NCBI GenBank assembly: GCA_038106565.1
Contig: JAYOEE010000004.1
Location: 14,633 to 78,632, forward strand
Direction: 5' to 3'
Length of the DNA: 64,000 nucleotides
Source of the DNA: Halieaceae bacterium
Lineage (GTDB): Bacteria > Pseudomonadota > Gammaproteobacteria > Pseudomonadales > Halieaceae
Shown: positions 58,381 through 64,000 of the stretch, piece after piece
Layout: the number at the start of each line of letters is the position of its first letter
How positions within the stretch are numbered: position 1 is the stretch's first letter
The notes under the pieces: generated by a model
What the model was told of the DNA's origin: nothing
Databases searched by the model: none
The model's input: only the letters and a program-made list of their open reading frames with translations
Position numbers and translations under genes: made by a program

Positions 58381-59340
58381 TTGCCGCCCGGTTTTTGGCG
58401 ATATTCAATCGTGAAACTCATACTTCTCAACCGCCATGCGGCCTCGCGGACGATTGAACTCGGTAAAGGGTTCTGGGCATTCGTGTCTGTTTGCGTCATC
58501 GGGTTGCCCATAGGCCTCGTTGCGCTCAGTTACCAGATTGGATTCGGTGAAGGTGTCGAGTCTGAGCAGGCGTCTCGTGTGACCTCGCAGGAGCAACAGG
58601 CCACCGAAAGAGCCGAGGCGCTCGCACAAATGGGGGCAGAGGCGCAATCAAGATTGACGGCCATGACTCGCCGACTGGCTAGTTTGCAAGCGCACGTGAC
58701 CCGTCTCGATGCGCTGGGGAGTCATCTGACCGAATTGGCGGGACTAGATACGGGCGAATTCGACTTTTCTGGCCCACCGGCTCTTGGAGGTCCGGCTCAG
58801 CCGCTCACCCTCACCGAGTCGCCCGATGTAGCTAATGTTGATTCGGAATTGAGTGCACTGGATGCCATCTTCGCCCGTCGCGAAGCGCAATTCGACGTGC
58901 TCGCCGGGTTACTCTCCTCAGAGCAACTCAGGACTGAATCCACGCCTGCAGGCAGGCCCATCCGTAAAGGATGGCAATCCTCTCCATTTGGCAATCGCAT
59001 CGACCCGATTACCGGTCAGCCGGGTTGGCATGAGGGAACCGATTTTGCCGGACGCGAGGGATCCGACATTCTCGCTGTCGCCAGCGGTGTTGTCAGTTGG
59101 AGTGGTTACCAAAGCGGCTATGGCCTGATGGTAGAGGTGTCGCATGGTGACGGCTTGAGCACGCGCTATGCACACAACAAAGAAAATTTGGTCGCTGTTG
59201 GCGATCTAGTGCGACGCGGAGATGTCGTCGCGCTCATGGGTAGCACGGGACGATCTACCGGCCCGCACGTTCATTTTGAGGTGTTTAAGTACGGCCGTGC
59301 AGTTGATCCGGCCACGTACGTTCGCCGCACCCACCGCTAA
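58381..59340 (+). CDS. membrane-anchored M23 family metallopeptidase with coiled-coil region
   Basis: TM helix, coiled coil, then a LytM domain retaining HEGTDF and GPHVHFE. TTG 58381 has GGAG 9 nt upstream, and GTG 58411 is the alternative start. Confidence 0.85.
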   Translation: MPPGFWRYSIVKLILLNRHAASRTIELGKGFWAFVSVCVIGLPIGLVALSYQIGFGEGVESEQASRVTSQEQQATERAEALAQMGAEAQSRLTAMTRRLASLQAHVTRLDALGSHLTELAGLDTGEFDFSGPPALGGPAQPLTLTESPDVANVDSELSALDAIFARREAQFDVLAGLLSSEQLRTESTPAGRPIRKGWQSSPFGNRIDPITGQPGWHEGTDFAGREGSDILAVASGVVSWSGYQSGYGLMVEVSHGDGLSTRYAHNKENLVAVGDLVRRGDVVALMGSTGRSTGPHVHFEVFKYGRAVDPATYVRRTHR

Positions 59341-59408
59341 AGCAGCGCTCGGGCGCAATCGCGCCGCAATCTAATTGATTACCTCGAAAACACTTTCGTG
59401 AGACTCCT

Positions 59409-62117
59409 ATGTTGATCGCAACAATGAAAAAGATATTTGGCACTCGTAACGATCGAGAGCTGAAGAAAATGGGAAAAGTCGTTACCCGAATTAATGCGCT
59501 CGAAGAGGCCATGCAGGCACTGGATGACAATGCACTTCGTGGCAAAACCGCGGAATTCCGATCTCGGTTACGCGATGGGGAAACGCTGGACCAGTTACTC
59601 CCGGAGGCCTTTTCGGTCGTGAGAGAGGCCGGTGTTAGAGCGTTGGGTATGCGTCATTTCGACGTACAGCTAATCGGTGGTATGGCATTGCATGACGGCA
59701 AGATTGCCGAGATGCGAACCGGGGAAGGAAAAACCCTCGTAGCGACCCTGCCCGCCTATCTAAACGCTTTACCCGATCACAGCGTGCACTTGGTCACGGT
59801 CAATGACTACCTTGCGCAACGTGACGCGGCATGGATGGGTCCGCTTTACGAGTTTCTGGGTTTATCGGTAGGCGTGGTCCGTTCAGGACAGAGCGCGGAG
59901 GAAAAGCGGGCCGCCTACGCATGTGACGTTGTTTATGGGACCAACAACGAATTTGGTTTTGACTACCTTCGCGACAATATGGCCTTCAGCAAGAGCGATA
60001 AAAGCCAGGGTGACCTGGCGTTTGCTATTGTCGATGAGGTGGACTCCATTCTTATTGATGAGGCCCGAACGCCACTCATCATCTCGGGCGCGGCAGAAGA
60101 TAGTTCGGAGCTCTACAAGACCATAAACAGGCTCATTCCCAAGCTCACTGTTGAGGTTGAGGAACAGGAAGGCGATTTCACAGTCGACGAGAAGCAACGA
60201 AGCATCGAACTCACTGAGAGTGGTCACGAAAAGGTCGAGGGAATGCTGATTGAGGCCGGTTTGTTGCAAGAAGATGATTCGCTCTACGCAGCGACCAATC
60301 TGGGGTTGCTACACCATGTGCATTCAGGTCTGCGAGCCCACGTTTTGTTTCAGCGCGATGTCGAGTACATCGTGCAGGAAGGACAAGTGGTGCTTATTGA
60401 CGAGCACACTGGCCGAACAATGCCGGGAAGGCGGTTATCTGAAGGTCTTCACCAGGCGATAGAGGCCAAGGAAGGTGTGCGAATCCAGAGCGAGAGCCAA
60501 ACGCTGGCATCGACCACCTTCCAGAACTTTTTCAGACTTTACGACAAACTGTCGGGCATGACCGGCACGGCGGACACCGAAGCGTTTGAATTTCGTCAGA
60601 TTTATGGTTTGGACTGCGTAGTGATTCCCACCAACGTTCCGATGCGCAGAGACGACCTCAATGATCTGGTTTACCTCACTCGAGAGGAGAAGTTCGAGGC
60701 GATTATTGAGGACGTCCAGGCTTGCATCGAAAGCGGCGCGCCCGTCTTGGTCGGCACTGCCTCTGTCGAAACCTCTGAAGAATTGTCCGCGGCTTTTCAG
60801 AAAAAAGGTATTGAGCACAAGGTTCTCAATGCAAAGTTCCATGAGCAGGAGGCCGAGATCATTGCGCAGGCGGGTCGCCCCGGTGTGGTGACGATAGCAA
60901 CCAATATGGCTGGCCGAGGGACGGATATCGTTCTGGGTGGGAACCTAGAGGCTGAACTCAGTGCTTTGGGCGATCAGGTTGACGATGCAATGCGCGAGCG
61001 CGTTACTGCGGAGTGGCAGGCACGACACGATGCCGTGATTGATGCGGGTGGACTGCATATCCTGGGCACCGAACGCCATGAGTCGCGCCGGATTGATAAT
61101 CAATTGCGTGGGCGTTCGGGCCGTCAGGGAGATCCTGGTGTGTCACGCTTCTATCTCTCCCTGGAAGACAACCTAATGCGCATCTTCGCCTCCGACAGGG
61201 TCAAGAGTTTTATGCAGGCTTTGGGTATGGAACGCGGTGAAGCGATTGAGCATCGGATGGTTTCCAACGCGATTGAAAAAGCCCAGAGGAAGGTAGAGGG
61301 CCGCAACTTCGATATCCGGAAACAGTTGCTGGAATATGACGATGTTGCAAATGACCAGCGACAGATTATTTATCGTCAGCGCGACGAACTGCTCTCGGAT
61401 GAAGACATCGGTGAAACCATTACTGCGATTCGTTCGGATGTGGTCAACGAGGCCATAGACGGATTCATTCCGCCGATGAGCGTAGAAGAGCAGTGGGACG
61501 TTCCCGGTTTGGAAAGGCAGTTGGAAACTGAATTTGGGCTCGCGTTGCCTGTCAGTCGATGGTTGGACGAGGACGACGGCCTTCATGAAGAAACCTTGCG
61601 GGCGCGGATCGTAGCGGAAGTGCAGGGCGCCTATGACGCCAAAGCGGCGGGAATTGGTTCGGGTATGCGACAGCTCGAGAAGCAGATCATGCTGCAGGTT
61701 CTCGACACGTTATGGAAAGAGCACCTGCAGGTCATGGACCAGTTGCGTCAAGGCATACACCTGAGAGCCTACGCCAATAAAAACCCCAAACAAGAGTACA
61801 AGCGAGAATCTTTCGCTTTGTTCGAGGGCCTGCTTCAGCGGCTTAAATACGAAGTGATTCGTTTTTTGAGCCATGTTCAAGTCCAGCGATCGGATGAGGC
61901 TGCCGCGATAGAGGAACAGCGACGTCGAGAGGCTGCCAAGCAACAAATGGCGTTTGAGCATGCCGATGCGAGTTCGGCGAACGCGACGCCTGATTCCGAC
62001 TCGTCTCCCGCGCAGCCGCAACCGGTCACCCGGTCGCAGCCCAAAGTGGGAAGGAATGACCCCTGTCCTTGCGGGAGTGGAAAAAAGTACAAGCAATGCC
62101 ATGGTGCCCTGACCTGA
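59409..62117 (+). CDS. secA: preprotein translocase ATPase SecA
   Basis: [21 protein letters not shown] parallels E. coli SecA. Walker [10 protein letters not shown] and a C-terminal zinc motif [14 protein letters not shown]. Confidence 0.98.
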   Translation: MLIATMKKIFGTRNDRELKKMGKVVTRINALEEAMQALDDNALRGKTAEFRSRLRDGETLDQLLPEAFSVVREAGVRALGMRHFDVQLIGGMALHDGKIAEMRTGEGKTLVATLPAYLNALPDHSVHLVTVNDYLAQRDAAWMGPLYEFLGLSVGVVRSGQSAEEKRAAYACDVVYGTNNEFGFDYLRDNMAFSKSDKSQGDLAFAIVDEVDSILIDEARTPLIISGAAEDSSELYKTINRLIPKLTVEVEEQEGDFTVDEKQRSIELTESGHEKVEGMLIEAGLLQEDDSLYAATNLGLLHHVHSGLRAHVLFQRDVEYIVQEGQVVLIDEHTGRTMPGRRLSEGLHQAIEAKEGVRIQSESQTLASTTFQNFFRLYDKLSGMTGTADTEAFEFRQIYGLDCVVIPTNVPMRRDDLNDLVYLTREEKFEAIIEDVQACIESGAPVLVGTASVETSEELSAAFQKKGIEHKVLNAKFHEQEAEIIAQAGRPGVVTIATNMAGRGTDIVLGGNLEAELSALGDQVDDAMRERVTAEWQARHDAVIDAGGLHILGTERHESRRIDNQLRGRSGRQGDPGVSRFYLSLEDNLMRIFASDRVKSFMQALGMERGEAIEHRMVSNAIEKAQRKVEGRNFDIRKQLLEYDDVANDQRQIIYRQRDELLSDEDIGETITAIRSDVVNEAIDGFIPPMSVEEQWDVPGLERQLETEFGLALPVSRWLDEDDGLHEETLRARIVAEVQGAYDAKAAGIGSGMRQLEKQIMLQVLDTLWKEHLQVMDQLRQGIHLRAYANKNPKQEYKRESFALFEGLLQRLKYEVIRFLSHVQVQRSDEAAAIEEQRRREAAKQQMAFEHADASSANATPDSDSSPAQPQPVTRSQPKVGRNDPCPCGSGKKYKQCHGALT

Positions 62118-62178
62118 TGGGTGCCTCAGGCCACACTGGCACCAGCAACAGGCTGTTATCTGGGCGAGGTGTAAAGCA

Positions 62179-63372
62179 GTGACCCATCCGGTGAGCGGTA
62201 TACGATTGGGAGTAGCGCAGGCGGGCGTCAAAACCGCCAACCGAGATGATTTGGTGCTGATTAATCTCTCGCCAGACACCCGCACTGCGGCGGTATTTAC
62301 GCAAAACGCCTTCCGGGCCGCTCCCGTTGTGGTTGCGGAAAGACACTTGCGCGCCAATGCTGGACGAGCGAGCTGGTTGATGATTAACACCGGCAACGCT
62401 AACGCGGGTAACGGTATGCAGGGAATATCGTCTGCTGAAAGTTGTTGCCAAGCTGCCGCAGCGCTGACGAAAGCACGGGTAGATCAGATCTTGCCATTTT
62501 CTACCGGGGTTATTGGGGAAGCCTTGCCTACTGACGCAATCATCGCTGCTTTGCCACAGGCTATTGGTGATCTGTCGGAAACCAATTGGAGCCGCGCCGC
62601 TTCTGCGATTTTAACTACCGACACCCGACTTAAATTGAGGAGCAAGCAATTCGAATTAGAGGGCCGCTCGTGCACCATTACGGGAATGTCCAAGGGTGCC
62701 GGCATGATCTGCCCGAACTTGGCAACGATGCTCGCGTTCGTGGGCACGGACGCCAGAATCGATGCCGCTACACTAGACAGCTTGTTGAAGAAGGCAGTTG
62801 CAGACAGCTTCAACCGAATAACGATCGATGGAGATACCTCCACCAACGATGCGGTCACCCTCTCGGCAACAGGTGACAGTGGTATCAGGATTGCTACTGA
62901 CGGCCCACACTATGATCGGTTTGCGGAGGCGTTGACGGATCTTATGATCGACTTGGCTCACGACATTGTCCGAGATGGCGAAGGTGCCAGTAAATTTGTC
63001 GAGGTTAACGTATCGGGCGGCAGGACTTCAGCAGAGTGTGATGAGGTAGCCCGAACCATTGCCCACTCTCCGCTGGTGAAAACGGCCCTGTTTGCGTCTG
63101 ATCCAAATTGGGGACGGATATTGGCTGCCATAGGACGCACGGGGCTGGATAATTTTGATACCGATTCAGTGGTGCTCCGAATCAACGGCATAGTGATCGC
63201 GGAAGCGGGTGCCCGCGCGGCGTCCTACCGCGAAGAAAAGGGCGTGGAAGCCATGCGGCCCCGTGATTTGAAGGTTGAAGTGATGCTGAATCGCGGTAGC
63301 GCATCGGCAACAGTCTGGACCACCGACCTCTCATACGACTACGTGAAAATCAATGCCGAATACCGCACTTGA
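62179..63372 (+). CDS. argJ: bifunctional ornithine acetyltransferase / N-acetylglutamate synthase
   Basis: 397 aa with the autoprocessing-site context ATMLAFVGTDA. GTG start. Confidence 0.92.
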   Translation: MTHPVSGIRLGVAQAGVKTANRDDLVLINLSPDTRTAAVFTQNAFRAAPVVVAERHLRANAGRASWLMINTGNANAGNGMQGISSAESCCQAAAALTKARVDQILPFSTGVIGEALPTDAIIAALPQAIGDLSETNWSRAASAILTTDTRLKLRSKQFELEGRSCTITGMSKGAGMICPNLATMLAFVGTDARIDAATLDSLLKKAVADSFNRITIDGDTSTNDAVTLSATGDSGIRIATDGPHYDRFAEALTDLMIDLAHDIVRDGEGASKFVEVNVSGGRTSAECDEVARTIAHSPLVKTALFASDPNWGRILAAIGRTGLDNFDTDSVVLRINGIVIAEAGARAASYREEKGVEAMRPRDLKVEVMLNRGSASATVWTTDLSYDYVKINAEYRT

Positions 63373-63763
63373 AAACGATATCGTTACGGTGGCGGTGGGC
63401 GTTTTAAGGGATCCCGAGCGTCGAGTGCTCGTAACGCGCAGAGCGCCTCACGCACATCAGGGGGGGCTGTGGGAGTTCCCAGGAGGCAAACTAGAGCCGG
63501 GTGAGAGTGTTTTGGAGGCGTTGGCGCGAGAATTGTGGGAAGAGCTTGGTATCGAAATCGAGGGTAGTGAGCCGCTATTGAGCGTTGAGCACGATTATGG
63601 CGACAAGAGAGTGAGGCTGGACGTCCATAGCGTGTTGCGGTGGCGTGGGGAACCACGAAGCCTAGAGTCGCAGCCCCTTGCCTGGCAACGACCCGAGGAT
63701 CTTTTAGGATGGGAGTTTCCAGCGGCCAACGTTGCAATACTGGACTACTTAATCGCGGCCTAA
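63353..63763 (+). CDS. mutT: Nudix hydrolase, MutT-like 8-oxo-dGTP diphosphatase
   Basis: Nudix box GGKLEPGESVLEALARELWEELGI. Overlaps argJ by 20 nt. Confidence 0.85.
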   Translation: MPNTALENDIVTVAVGVLRDPERRVLVTRRAPHAHQGGLWEFPGGKLEPGESVLEALARELWEELGIEIEGSEPLLSVEHDYGDKRVRLDVHSVLRWRGEPRSLESQPLAWQRPEDLLGWEFPAANVAILDYLIAA

Positions 63764-64000
63764 GCCCCGGCTGCTCGATTCAACAGCGTTTCGTGTAAAA
63801 GCGCTGCTCTATCATGCAAAGCGCTTAGATCACCACTGTTATCGACCACGATATCCGCCAGTTCGAGGCGTTTCTGTCGACGCATTTGCGCGGCCATAAT
63901 TTTTTCGACCAGCGCTTTATCGTTTGCGTCTCTTGCCATGGTGCGCTGGATCTGCATTTCCTCGGGAACGTCTACTACCACACTGATATCCACCATTTCC
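63760..64000 (-). CDS. coaE: dephospho-CoA kinase, C-terminal part (5' end beyond the window)
   Basis: The ORF is open to the right edge. VVVDVPEEMQIQRTMARD...ADIVVDNSGDL fits the CoaE C-terminal half. Overlaps mutT tail-to-tail by 4 nt. Confidence 0.75.
   Translation of the reverse strand, partial: EMVDISVVVDVPEEMQIQRTMARDANDKALVEKIMAAQMRRQKRLELADIVVDNSGDLSALHDRAALLHETLLNRAAGA

Noticed and set aside
59341-59408. Looked for a secM-like arrest-peptide leader upstream of secA.
   Set aside because: The spacer is only 68 bp with no ORF. The upstream gene is an M23 peptidase, so secA regulation is not of the E. coli secM type here.

Overview
This window is a densely packed, conserved core-genome segment of a gammaproteobacterium. 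By my own coordinate tally about 96% of it is coding or structural RNA. The gene order follows what I recall of the Pseudomonas/Cellvibrio-type arrangement, in this order: rhlB (partial), cysZ, smrB-like, gatCAB, mreBCD-maf-yhdP. Next comes a 13-gene minus-strand block: yrbG-kdsD-kdsC-lptC-lptA-lptB-rpoN-hpf-ptsN-rapZ-ptsO-mgtE-yjgA. It continues with mlaC-ibaG-murA-hisG-hisD, degS/algW-like, ybgI, yhcB, zapE, rplM-rpsI, an SMR efflux gene, the cytochrome bc1 genes, sspAB, and dolP-diaA-yraN-lpoA. The last stretch is rsmI, RNase P RNA, the complete dcw cluster (mraZ to ftsZ), lpxC, an M23 peptidase, secA, argJ, mutT and partial coaE. I found no mobile element, CRISPR array, tRNA/rRNA gene, defence island or other accessory region. 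I also cannot honestly point to a new multi-gene system here. The observations worth a second look are local anomalies in a housekeeping region. (1) Cytochrome b and c1 are encoded as one in-frame fusion. (2) The conserved mreC N-terminus is encoded upstream of any canonical start codon, behind a well-placed Shine-Dalgarno (SD) sequence and an ATC codon. (3) A near-consensus sigma-54 promoter motif sits in the lptB-rpoN spacer but points away from rpoN. (4) A promoter with a 10-bp-phased GTGG repeat array, probably MraZ boxes, lies upstream of mraZ. It is preceded by a roughly 9% GC tract and a perfect 12-bp tandem repeat. (5) Every convergent gene pair abuts or overlaps, including a 43-bp overlap and a perfect palindrome spanning two stop codons. 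(6) Relative to the canonical gene order, rng, mlaFED/mlaB and hisC are missing and an SMR gene is inserted. All coordinates and motifs were read by eye from the sequence and the ORF track. All homology statements rest on remembered family signatures, not on searches.
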